DNA from: Macrostomum lignano
Taxonomy: Eukaryota
Direction of reading: 5' to 3'
DNA length: 64,000 bases
Assembly (NCBI GenBank): GCA_002269645.1
Contig: NIVC01000807.1
Coordinates: 1-64,000 of the forward strand
Below, piece after piece: positions 24,200 to 34,860 of the stretch (the stretch's first letter is position 1; each line of letters starts with the position of its first letter). The notes below the pieces were generated by a model that did not search any database, was not told the origin of the DNA, and was given only the letters and a program-made list of their open reading frames with translations. Both the position numbers and the translations under genes were made by a program.

Positions 24200-25147
24200 T
24201 CACCGGACCGCTTGCATGCGGACCTGTTTAACCAGGGCGGCCATCAGAGTCGGCTCTTTAACAAAACGCGAGTCCTTATCAACGGCCAGCAGCCTGGGCC
24301 GCTTTTGATTCGGCTCAGCTGGCGGCGCCGCTATGAGCAGATGATCCGTGTACAGTGGCGCCATATCTATCCAGCGCAGGTTGGCCGGCGCCGCGGCGCG
24401 CATTTGGTTAATTGGAATTCGGCGCGCACCAGTCAGGCTGGTCACTAGCAGGTGGCCGCCGGGCTCCAGCACCAGACGCCGGGCCAGACGCAGCGGATGA
24501 GCAAATGCGTACATGCCAGATAGCAGGGCGGTGAGACTGAGCAGGGCGGCGATGAGCAGGTTGATGGGGCTGCCAAGGCTGCTGCTAGGCAGGCTGGAGG
24601 CCAGACTGGTTAGCCAGCTGGTGTCAGCGGCGTCATCAACAGAATCGCCATCGCCAGACTGCAATAAATCATCGTCGCTCATCAGGCGACGCTGCAGGGC
24701 GGCCTCCTCGTGTCCGGCAATCAGCCGACTATGCCGCAGGTGGTCGAACATCAGATAGGCGCTAAGCAGAGCGATTAAACCGGATAGGCAGTTGCGCTTG
24801 TAGAGCTGGTGAGGCGGAGCCTCGAATAGCAGCACCGCTTTGCTGGTCTGGGTGGAGCCGATTGAGGCGAACTCGGCCGTCTGGGTTGAGTACTCGCTCC
24901 ATGCTCCGCTCTGGCTATTCGGGTCTTGCTGCTTCTGCTGCTGCTGCTGCTGTTGCTGTCTTGGTTGATCTCGCAAGCGACGCGCAATCCGCCCAAGGTC
25001 GCTGCCGCCGCCTCCGCTGCTGCAGCGCCTGTAGCCTGGCTGTCCCAGTCTCAGTCGGTGCTGCTCAACCAATCGAAGGTATCGTTGAATAACAAGACGG
25101 CAGCAGCGATGCTGCAACTGCAGCACTGATGCGCTTGGCATGGGCAT
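24200..25147 (-). CDS. TMEM223: TMEM223-like mitochondrial membrane protein (TMEM70/186/223 clan), single exon, 315 aa
   Basis: Arg-rich, acid-poor N-terminus (presequence-like) and two hydrophobic helices. VLLFE, LRLARRLVLEPGG, IPINQM and LAVDKDSRF parallel human TMEM223 VLLFE, LRSVRSVVLRAGG, VPLKQV and LLDKTGHF (recalled). Confidence 0.72.
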   Translation of the reverse strand: MPMPSASVLQLQHRCCRLVIQRYLRLVEQHRLRLGQPGYRRCSSGGGGSDLGRIARRLRDQPRQQQQQQQQKQQDPNSQSGAWSEYSTQTAEFASIGSTQTSKAVLLFEAPPHQLYKRNCLSGLIALLSAYLMFDHLRHSRLIAGHEEAALQRRLMSDDDLLQSGDGDSVDDAADTSWLTSLASSLPSSSLGSPINLLIAALLSLTALLSGMYAFAHPLRLARRLVLEPGGHLLVTSLTGARRIPINQMRAAAPANLRWIDMAPLYTDHLLIAAPPAEPNQKRPRLLAVDKDSRFVKEPTLMAALVKQVRMQAVR

Positions 25148-25177
25148 GAGTTTAGTTGATTGACTTTATATCAGCAC

Positions 25178-26530
25178 TTTGGACTGGGGATCGGAGGACA
25201 TTGGGATGTCCATCGGTGGATTGCGGATTGAAGGACTTTGGGGATGTCTACCGGTGGATTGGGGACCGTAGGACATTGGGGATGTCCACCGGTGGATCGG
25301 GGATCGTAGGGCATTGGGATGTCCACCGGTGGATTGGGGATCGTAGGGCATTGGGGATGTCCACCGGTGGATTGGGGACCGTTGGGCATTGGGGATGTCC
25401 TCTGGTGGATTGGGGATCGTAGGGCATTGGGGATGTCCACTGGTGGATTGGGGATCGTAGGGCATTGGGGATTTCCACCGGTGGATTGCGGATTGAAGGA
25501 CTTTGGGGATGTCTACCGGTGGATTGGGGATTGAAGGACATTGGGGATGTCCACTGGTGGATTGGGGATCGTAGGGCATTGGGATGTCCACCGGTGGATT
25601 GGGGATCGTAGGGCATTGGGGATGTCCACTGGTGGATTGGGGATCGTAGGGCATTGGGGATGTCCACCGGTGGATTGGGGACCGTTGGGCATTGGGGATG
25701 TCCACCGGTGGATTGGGGATTGAAGAACATTGGGGATGTCCACCGGTGGATTGGGGATCGTAGGGCATTGGGGATATCCACTGGTGGATTGGGGATCGTA
25801 GGGCATTGGGGATATCCACCGGTGGATTGGGGACCGTAGGGCATTGGGGATGTCCACCGGTGGATTGGGGACCGTAGGGCATTGGGGATGTCCACCGGTG
25901 GATTGGGGACCGTTGGGCATTGGGGATGTCCACCGGTGGATTGGGGATTGAAGAACATTGGGGATGTCCACCGGTGGATTGGGGATCGTAGGGCATTGGG
26001 GATATCCACTGGTGGATTGGGGATCGTAGGGCATTGGGGATATCCACCGGTGGATTGGGGACCGTAGGGCATTGGGGATGTCCACCGGTGGATTGGGGAC
26101 CGTAGGGCATTGGGGATGTCCACCGGTGGACTGGGGACCGTAGGGCATTGGGGATGTCCACCGGTGGACTGGGGACCGTAGGGCATTGGGGATGTCCACC
26201 GGTGGATTGGGGATCGTAGGGCATTGGGATGTCCACCGGTGGATTGGGGATCGTAGGGCATTGGGGATATCCACTGGTGGATTGGGGATCGTAGGGCATT
26301 GGGGATATCCACCGGTGGATTGGGGACCGTAGGGCATTGGGGATGTCCACCGGTGGACTGGGGACCGTAGGGCATTGGGGATGTCCACCGGTGTATTGGG
26401 GCTTGAAGGACATTGGGGATGTCCACCGGTGGATTGGGGATTGAAGGACACTGAGGATGTCCACCGGTGGATTGGGGATTGAAGAACATTGGGGATGTCC
26501 ACCGGTGGGTTGGGGTTACAGGACATTGGG
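25178..26530. repeat. 38-bp G-rich tandem repeat (GGGGATGTCCACCGGTGGATTGGGGATCGTAGGGCATT), about 35 copies
   Basis: Period 38 (25981 to 26019); each unit contains the perfect palindrome TCCACCGGTGGA. Confidence 0.95.
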
Positions 26531-26964
26531 GTTACAGTATTAAAAAGACTTTAGCAAGCGTCCAGCCGTCAAGTAAATAAAAAAGTCAAACCAAAATTAT
26601 ATGAAAAAAATGTTATCATGTACATCCTTTAAGTCGAAAGTTAACAAACATTTTCATTAATGCAATGTCTGTGCGTCTAATTAAAACAAATCGAGACGCT
26701 CTTTGTGTTTAAGAATAGGAATGAAATAAACACAGAACAGATCGTACATTTAAACAAACGCAAATATCACTACTAACATAAGTAGCAACATACAGACGGT
26801 GAACACAAACTATACGGCAAAGCAATTCTGCAGAGAAGCAGCTCAAAGTCTGCACATAAGAAAACTGCTGATAATTTTGCATGCATTTGTACGAGCTCAT
26901 TTTTAACAGTACATGTATTTGCGTGTGCGTGCTCATGGGTCAGTGGAATGGGTATGACTGATTG

Positions 26965-27105
26965 CCTACTAACTAAATAATTAACTGATTAATCAATTAG
27001 TTGACTAACTAACTGACTAACTAACTGACTGACTGACTAACTAACTAACAAACTAGCTAACTAACTAACTAACTGACTAACTAACTAACAAACTGAATAA
27101 CTAGC
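26965..27105. repeat. (TAAC/TGAC)n microsatellite downstream of the CHFR stop
   Basis: Direct reading; reverse complement of the (TTAG)n motif at 5088. Confidence 0.85.
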
Positions 27106-27147
27106 TCACTAAGGTCTCATCAAAGCACAGCAGGCTAATAGAATAAG

Positions 27148-30100
27148 CTAGTCAAACTTGGTCCGCCGGCAAGCGTGATTAAACCGTTTCGCATGCTCCG
27201 GCTTATTAAACTGAGTGCGGCACTCGCTGCCCCAGTGACAGTTGGGCCGGCTGGCCGCCTCGGCAGGCAGGGAGGCGGCGGGCAGGCCCGAGCGATAGGC
27301 CAGGGCCAGTTCTCGGAGGCAGGCCTGGCCGCAGGCGTAGCACACAGGGGTGTCCGGCCGGACTGGCCGGCTGCAGCGGTACTCGCCTGCGGCCAGGCGG
27401 GCGCAGCACTCTCGGAGCAGGTCGCGAACGCCCATATTGTTGGCGATGAGGTAGTCGGCGAGGATCTGCGACAATGGAATTGGGGATGATGTCATTTTTA
27501 GGGATGGATCCTTGAAGGAGCAATTCTCAGGATGGATGGGGTGATTCTCAGGATGGATGGAGTGATTCTTAGGGATGGATGGGGTGATTCTCAGGATGGA
27601 TGGAGTGATTTTCAGGATGGATGGGGTGATTCTCAGGATGGATGGAGTGATTCTTAGAGATGGATGGGGTGATTCTCAGGATGGATGGAGTGATTTTCAG
27701 GATGGATGGGGTGATTCTCAGGATGGATGGAGTGATTCTCAGGATGGATGGGGTGATTCTCAGGATGGATGGAGTGATTCTCAGGATGGATGGGGTGATT
27801 CTCAGGATGGATGGAGTGATTCTCAGGATGGATGGAGTGATTCTCAGGATGGATGGAGTGATTCTCAGGATGGATGGAGTGATTCTCAGGGATGGATGGG
27901 GTGATTCTCAGGATGGATGGAGTGATTCTCAGGATGGATGGAGTGATTCTCAGGATGGATGGAGTGATTCTCAGGATGGATGGAGTGATTCTCAGGATGG
28001 ATGGAGTGATTCTCAGGGATGGATGGGGTGATTCTCAGGATGGATGGAGTGATTCTCAGGATGGATGGAGTGATTCTCAGGATGGATGGAGTGATTCTCA
28101 GGATGGATGGAGTGATTCTCAGGATGGATGGAGTGATTCTCAGGGATGGTTTGGAGTGATTCTCAGGGATGGTTGGGCCCGGCTCTGAAAAGTGATTTAT
28201 GGCGAATCTGAAGGGTGATTTAGGGCCATTCGGAAAATCACCTTGGACTCAACCGGGTTGCCATTGACAACGTCCTCGAGCACGCGCCTGCCGAATGTGA
28301 AATCCTCGAATTCGGCCAGGCAGCCGAGGCAGCCGGGCCGGCGGCAGCCCCAGTAAGCGTGGCAGAAGAAGCGCTGGCACAGGGCGCACTGGAATCGGCG
28401 ATTCTCGGCCGGGCAGGACGGGTCGGCCCGGCGGTCTGGGAAGGCCTGCCAGCAGCACTGGCACAGCAGGTGGGCCTGGTTGTCCGGGCAGCTGGGGGTG
28501 TGAGGCGGATTTGAAAGTACTTTGAGCAATTCTTCATCCTTTAAAGTGCTTTTAAAGAGGTCAAGGCGATTCTCTAAGAGGCTGAGGGCGATTCTCTAAA
28601 AGGTTGACGGCGATTCTCTAGGAGGCTGAGTGTGATTCTCTAGGAGGCTGAGTGTGATTCTCTAGGAGGCTGAGTGTGATTCTCTAGGAGGCTGAGTGTG
28701 ATTCTCTAGGAGGCTGAGTGTGATTCTCTAGGAGGCTGAGTGTGATTCTCTAGGAGGCTGAGTGTGATTCTCTAGGAGGCTGAGTGTGATTCTCTAGGAG
28801 GCTGAGTGTGATTCTCTAGGAGGCTGAGTGTGATTCTCTAGGAGGCTGAGTGTGATTCTCTAGGAGGCTGAGTGTGATTCTCTAGGAGGCTTTGGGCGAT
28901 TTTAAGGGAGGCTGAGGGCGATTCTCTAGGAGGCTTTGGGCGATTCTCTAGGAGGCTTTGGGCGATTCTCTAGGAGGCTTTGGGCGATTCTCTAGGAGGC
29001 TGAGGGCGATTCTCTAGGATGCTGAGGGCGATTCTCTAGGATGCTGAGGGTTATTATCTGAGAGGTTGACGATGATTCTCTAGGAGGCTGAGGGCGATTC
29101 TAGGAGGCTGAGGGCGATTCTCTAAGAGGCTGAGGGCAATTCTCTAGAAGGCTGAGGGCGATTCTCTAGGAGGCTGAGGGCGATTCTCTAGGAGGCTGAG
29201 GGCGATTTTCTAGGATATTTAGGGCGATTCTCTAAGAGGTCATTAAACTGGCAGAGACTGACACGTGAGCAACTTGCAGCGGCTCCCATCGGAGATCGTC
29301 CAGATGGGGACAGCCGTCCACAGGCGGCGGGCCCGCGCCGGCAGCTCGCAACGGCGCCAGCGGCTGCTGCGGGTCGGGCGGCTGGTAGCCCGGGCACTGG
29401 CGGCAGACGTGCCGCAAATGCAGTGGGGTCGCCAACCGATGCAGCTGATAGGTCGGGTACGGCCCTGCGAACCCGAACAGCCGGTTCATTCCAAAGTAGG
29501 CGACTCCGGCATTGCCGTCGTCATCGCTGTCTTCATCTTCTTCGTCGGATTCGTCCTCATCAGCTGGAGACTGTCTGACCACCGGGAAGGCCTCCTGCCG
29601 GCCGATGTCGTTGAGACTGTCGAGCCTGAATGAGTTTTAAATTTATTGTTGTGTAGAAACAGACTGCTCTGAAACTGGATGTATCTACAATAGGGTCCGC
29701 TCTCTACCCATCAACTCACACAGGATCCTCTCTCTACCCATCTACTCACACAGGATCCGCCCCCTACCCATCTACTCACACAGGATCCGCCCTCTACCCA
29801 TCCACTCACACAGGATCCGCGCTCTACCCATCTACTCACACAGAATCCGCCCTCTACCCATCTACTCACACAGGATCCGCCCTCTACCCATCTACTCACA
29901 CAGGATCCGCCCTCTACCCATCTACTCACACAGGATCCGCCCTCTACCCATCTACTCACACAGGATCCGCCCTCTACCCATCCACTCACACAGGATCCGC
30001 GCTCTACCCATCTACTCACACAGGATCCGCCCTCTACCCATCTACTCACACAGGATCCGCCCTCTACCCATCCACTCACACAGGATCCGCGCTCTACCCA

Positions 30101-31708
30101 TCTACTCACACAGAATCCGCGCTCTACCCATCTACTCACACAGGATCCGCCCTCTACCCATCTACTCACACAGGATCCGCCCTCTACCCATCCACTCACA
30201 CAGGATCCGCGCTCTACCCATCTACTCACACAGAATCCGCCCTCTACCCATCTACCCGCAGAATCCGCTCTCTACCCATCCACTCACACAGGATCCGCGC
30301 TCTACCCATCTACTCACACAGAATCCGCCCTCTACCCATCTACCCGCAGAATCCGCTCTCTACCCATCTACTCACACAGAATCCGCGCTCTACCCATCTA
30401 CTCACACAGGATCCGCCCTCTACCCATCTACTCACACAGGATCCGCCCTCTACCCATCCACTCACACAGGATCCGCGCTCTACCCATCTACTCACACAGG
30501 ATCCGCCCTCTACCCATCTACTCACACAGAATCCGCCCTCTACCCATCTACCCGCAGAATCCGCTCTCTACCCATCAACTCACAAAATCCGCCCCCAGAC
30601 CGCAGCCCCCCCCCCGCCAACCGAAGCCAAACAGTATTCGCACTTCTCCAACTCCTCAGCTGGGCGCCGCCGTTCCGGATGCGCAGCCAGGTAAGCCTCG
30701 GCTAGATTAGTCACCAGCACGTTCTTGGTCACGCGTTCCGGACGTACGCGACACTGCGGACAGACCGGATTAGTCCGTTGCCACTGGCTGTAACAGCCGG
30801 CACAATAGCCGTGCAGACAGGGTATCAGGGTGACGCAGTCGTGAAATATTTCGCAACAAATTGTGCAGTTCAGATTGGCTTCCATTGGATCGCTGGAAGC
30901 GGAGGATGAAGCAGAGGCGGATGCGGATGCTGCGGCAGCATCGGCTGAAACTGTTGGCACTTTGCTGACTGTGCTGGGATCTGCTGCCAACATTGTTGCC
31001 GGTTGATCAGGTCCTGTAGATGCAATAGCACAAGGTGTCCAGATTACTTCTTGTTTTGTAGGTTTACTGGGCTTAGCATTTTTCGGTCAAAGATGGTACA
31101 ATGTTTTTTATAATGAAGTTACTACCTCTACTACTAAGTAAGTAACAAGTAGCATTATTTGGATTTATTATTGGGATTTATTCAGATATTAACTTACCCT
31201 TTTCGGTGGTGACCGCCGATTTATTAGCTTTATCTTTAGCTTCATCCGTTCGAGTTCGCTTAGTCGGCGGCTGATCGGTCGCCGGGTCCTCGCCGCTGTC
31301 GCCGTCAGTTATGGGCAGAGTCGTGTCGGGAATGACCATAGTTTGAGGCGGTTCCGCGCTGCCAGACTCGCTAGCTTCATCCGGCTGTTCGTGGCCGAGC
31401 AGTTTGAGGCGAAATGCCACCGTAGAGTTGCCGGGCAGCGGACAGACAGTGATGACGTCATCCTGTCGCAGCTCGGCCACGTCGCCAAGAATCCGACGGC
31501 CATTGACCAGAGTGCCGTTCATGCTGGTGTCCTGCAGCCAGACTCCGCCGTCGGGATCCTTGAACACGGCGCAGTGGTGCCCGGACACGAACTGGTTGCC
31601 GGCCAAGGACAAGTCGCAGTCGACGGCCCGACCGATTTGGCAGCGATCGGAGAGCAGCTCGAGTGCCAGGCCGCCGTCCGAAGTGTTGAATAGCTGAGCC
31701 CAGGCCTC
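27148..31708 (-). CDS. CHFR: E3 ubiquitin ligase CHFR; exons 31708..31198, 31013..30644, 29625..29263, 28491..28242, 27465..27148; no own start codon found
   Basis: FHA (QIGRAVDCDL...VSGHHC...LQDTSMNGT), RING (CTICCEIFHDCVTLIPCLHGYCAGC...CPQC), Cys-rich region (VCRQCP; CPDNQAHLLCQCC; CALCQRFFCHAYWGC) and C-terminal PBZ (CHWGSECRTQ...HAKRFNH). All four introns are GT-AG with compatible phases 1, 2, 2, 0; exon lengths 511+370+363+250+318=1812 nt. Confidence 0.95.
27520..28175. repeat. 21-22-bp tandem repeat (GGATGGATGGAGTGATTCTCA) in CHFR intron 4
   Basis: Direct reading; shares the GATTCTC..GGATGG core with the 11240-24145 array. Confidence 0.95.
28565..29235. repeat. 22-bp tandem repeat (TGTGATTCTCTAGGAGGCTGAG) in CHFR intron 3
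   Basis: Period 22 (28621 to 28643); GGCGATTCTC variants towards the right end. Confidence 0.95.
29695..30595. repeat. 30-bp tandem repeat (CTCTACCCATCTACTCACACAGGATCCGCC) in CHFR intron 2
   Basis: Period 30 read directly. Confidence 0.95.
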
Positions 31709-31760
31709 CTGTAGGTGGCGGCAAGGTGCTTGAACGACAATAAATAAATAAATATTCCTA
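31709..31760 (-). promoter_or_regulatory. Acceptor region (TATTTATTTATTTATTG...CTACAG|GAG) at the start of the CHFR first coding exon; candidate trans-splice site
   Basis: U-rich tract followed by a phase-0 CAG; no upstream in-frame ATG or convincing cis donor was found. Confidence 0.6.
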
Positions 31761-31769
31761 AAGCCAACC

Positions 31770-32295
31770 AAAATGTCTCTTAAGCCCCGAAAATGCCCAC
31801 TAGTTTACTAAATTGTCCTCGTAAGGCTTTAAAATGTCCCCAAAGCCGCTACAGTCTCTCAGGATCTAAAAATGTCCCTTGAGCCACTAAAATGTCTCTC
31901 AGGACCTAAAAATGTCCCTTAAGTGACTAAAACGTCTCTTAGGACCTAAAAATATCTCTCCAGCCACTGAAATGTCTTCCAGGACCTAAAAATGCCTTTC
32001 CAGCCACTAAAATGTCTCTCAGGACCTAAAAATGTCCCTTAAGTGACTAAAACGTCTCTTAGGACCTAAAAATATCTCTCCAGCCACTGAAATGTCTTCC
32101 AGGACCTAAAAATGCCTTTCCAGCCACTAAAATGTCTCTCAGGGCCTAAAACTGCTCTTTAGCCAATAAATTGTCCCTCAAGCCACCCAAATGTCTCTTG
32201 GGACCTAAAATATGTCCTATAAAGATACTAAAATGTCCCTCAAGCCACTACAGTATCTCTTGGGGCCTAAAATGTCCCTCAGTTACTAAAATGCC
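31770..32295. repeat. Diverged ~20-bp repeat (AAAATGTCTCTCAGGACCT/AGCCACT) with an exact 120-bp higher-order duplication
   Basis: 31891-32010 is repeated at 32011-32130. Confidence 0.85.
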
Positions 32296-32496
32296 TAATC
32301 AAGTTTCCAAAATGTTTCACACACACAAGCAACCCTAACTTCGCCCAGTGGCAACCAAAGTGTAAAATTAGAGAACAGCCCCGCTTGAACCCCAGCACAT
32401 GATGCCGACCGAACTCGGTTAGTGCATTGGATAAAAAAGTTTTAAAATTACTATTCTGTTTCGTAAGCAACAGTAAGCAGCCGCACTATGGGCAGA

Positions 32497-32506
32497 GTTT
32501 TATTTA
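32497..32506 (-). terminator. Polyadenylation signal AATAAA for TAF7
   Basis: Minus strand TGTAAATAAAAC in AT-rich sequence after the 3' array. Confidence 0.5.
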
Positions 32507-32801
32507 CAGAATAATTATACAGCCTCAGTGCAAACGCACTTATAATATAAAACTGTACGCACTTAACCAGACAGAAATGCACCAAAAAACAGGCCAAAAG
32601 CAGATTAGCTAGAACTGGAGAGCAAGAAAAATACGCCAATTAATGAATTGCTGCAGAAAAGTTGAAATTTCATCAATCAGAAAAGCCAGGCGGGTCCAGA
32701 CAGAACTTGCAGAAAAAGTAACGATATTTAGTAGCAATGCGAACAATTAATTTGGGGACTCTGTTTACCACAGGCTTTGTACACACTCTGCGAAATTGGG
32801 G

Positions 32802-33560
32802 TTCTTCCTCAGCGGGACTATGCAATCTGGATTCTTCCTCAGCGGGACTATGCAATCTGGATTCTTCCTCAGCGGGACTATGCAATCTGGATTCTTCCTC
32901 AGCGGGACTATGCAATCTGGATTCTTCCTCAGCGGGACTATGCAATCTGGATTCTTCCTCAGCGGGACTATGCAATCGGGATTCTTCCTCAGCGGGACTA
33001 TGCAATCTGGATTCTTCCTCAGCGGGACTATGCAATCTGGATTCTTCCTCAGCGGGACTATGCAATCTGGATTCTTCCTCAGCGGGACTATGCAATCTGG
33101 ATTCTTCCTCAGCGGGACTATGCAATCTGGATTCTTCCTCAGCGGGACTATGCAATCGGGATTCTTCCTCAGCGGGACTATGCAATCGGGATTCTTCCTC
33201 AGCGGGACTATGCAATCGGGATTCTTCCTCAGCGGGACTATGCAATCTGGATTCTTCCTCAGTGGGACTATGCAATCGGGATTCTTCCTCAGCGGGACTA
33301 TGCAATCGGGATTCTTCCTCAGCGGGACTATGCAATCTGGATTCTTCCTCAGCGGGACTATGCAATCGGGATTCTTCCTCAGCGGGACTATGCAATCGGG
33401 ATTCTTCCTCAGTGGGACTATGCAATCGGGATTCTTCCTCAGCGGGACTATGCAATCTGGATTCTTCCTCAGCGGGACTATGCAATCTGGATTCTTCCTC
33501 AGCGGGACTATGCAATCGGGATTCTTCCTCAGCGGGACTATGCAATCGGGATCAGTCCTC
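32802..33560. repeat. 30-bp tandem repeat, about 25 copies (minus strand GAGGAAGAATCCAGATTGCATAGTCCCGCT), starting at the TAF7 stop codon
   Basis: Period 30; the first unit overlaps the TAF7 stop codon. Confidence 0.95.
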
Positions 33561-34832
33561 TTCCATGTCAATGTCGTCGGCTTTGTCAGCTGCATCATCT
33601 GCACCGTCATCGCCTCCTTCGCCGTCGCCGTCACCAGCTTCGCCTTCGCCTTCTTCATCGTCGCTATTGTCGCCCTCGTTATCGCCGGAGGATGTCGAGT
33701 CGCTGATGTCGCCAAACAGCTGAGTGGCCATCATCAGATTGTTGCTGCCATCGTCCACAGTTTGCGATGAGCCGGCGGGCTGCTCCGAAGGCTGCGACTG
33801 CTGCTGTTGTGAAGACGCCGAGTCCAGTTTAGAGGCCTCCTCTTCAGTGAGCACCTTTGGCACAGGAATGTTTGTGTGCATGTACATAATCACATATATA
33901 GCGGTTATATCTGCCAAGTTCTATCTCAATTCAATTCTAATTCTAAGCGGTTATATCTGCCGAGTTCTATCTCAATTCAATTCTAATTCTAAGCGGTTAT
34001 ATCTGCCGAGTTCTATCTCAATTCAATTCTAATTCTAAGCGGTTATATCTGCCGAGTTCTATCTCAATTCAATTCTAATTCTAAGCGGTTATATCTGCCG
34101 AGTTCTATCTCAATTCAGTTCTAAGTATAAGCGGTTTTATCTGCCGAGTTCTATCTCAATTCAGTTCTAATTATAAGCGGCTATATCTACCGAGTTCTAT
34201 CTCAATTCAGTTCTAACTCTGCCACCAATCCCGCCGCCACTTTCTCACCTCCCACTTGACATCTGCCGCTTCCATATCGTTTTTCAGCAGCCGTTTGACC
34301 TCCTTCTCCAGCTCCGGCATGTCCATACTGCGATTGCGCAACACCCGACGGAACCGCCTGCGGCGAACATTTCTCAATGGCGGCGTCAGTCCGTGATCCC
34401 ACTGGTGCATCCGCTCCTCGGCCGTCGCCGTGACCGTCGCCGAAGCCGAAGCCGATCTGCGGCGGCGACTACCCGAGGATCGTTGAAGCGTCTGCAAAGC
34501 TGAGGCGGCATCCTCGCCGCACATCAGCATCTGGGTGATGTTGGCCACCTTGTAGAAGGTACGCGAGTCGGCAGTCTTCAGTCCCTCAACTATGCAGGGC
34601 AGGTCAACCAGCCGGCCGGGCAGGGTCTCGCCGTCGTAGGTTAGAGTGAAGCTGCGCAGATCCTGCCGGGCCTCCAGGCTTAGCCGGTCCTGCAGCTGGG
34701 CGCCCGACTCGATGTCCCCCTGAGCTTGTCAGCAGCTGGCTGGGGCAGGCGCAGTATGAGGCACTGCTCCGGCTCTACCGGGGCGTGACCACGAGCTTGA
34801 GCAGGCTGCGTCTGCTGCTGCTGCTGAGACAT
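33552..34832 (-). CDS. TAF7: TFIID subunit 7; exons 34832..34249 (one apparent -1 frameshift at the C5 run 34716-34720) and 33854..33552
   Basis: EQCLILRLP, RLVDLPCIVEGLKTADSRTFYKVANITQML, WDHGLTPPLRNVRRRRFR and ELEKEVKRLL match the TAFII55_N domain. Donor GAG|GTGAGA and acceptor CCAAAG|GTG are both phase 0. Acidic tail with LFGDISDS; stop TGA at 33554-33552. Confidence 0.92.
33898..34218. repeat. 46-bp tandem repeat, about 7 copies, filling the TAF7 intron
   Basis: GCGGTTATAT recurs at 33901, 33947 and 33993. Confidence 0.92.
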
Positions 34833-34853
34833 TGGACTCTTATTGTTGCTTTA

Positions 34854-34860
34854 CTGAAAA
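34854..34860 (-). promoter_or_regulatory. TTTTCAG acceptor 21 nt upstream of the TAF7 ATG (5'-UTR intron or trans-splice site)
   Basis: Minus strand GAATATTTTCAG|TAAAGCAACAATAAGAGTCCAATG. Confidence 0.5.

Noticed and set aside
11209-24448. ORFs of 1197-4395 aa in three plus-strand frames
   Set aside because: They are translations of a stop-free 23-bp satellite; indels switch frames freely and there is no unique coding sequence or domain.
25166-26526. Pro-rich ORFs of 337-432 aa resembling extensin or collagen-like proteins
   Set aside because: Translations of the 38-bp repeat in several frames; no unique exon context.
3129-31708. Functional clustering of ubiquitin-pathway genes (LRR/F-box-like, SOCS-box-like, CHFR)
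   Set aside because: Two of the three domain calls are tentative and such genes are common; probably coincidence.
31709-31771. ORF-track N-terminus MVGFRNIYLFIVVQ for CHFR
   Set aside because: It starts at a TTG inside a repeat edge and reads through an AT-rich acceptor tract.
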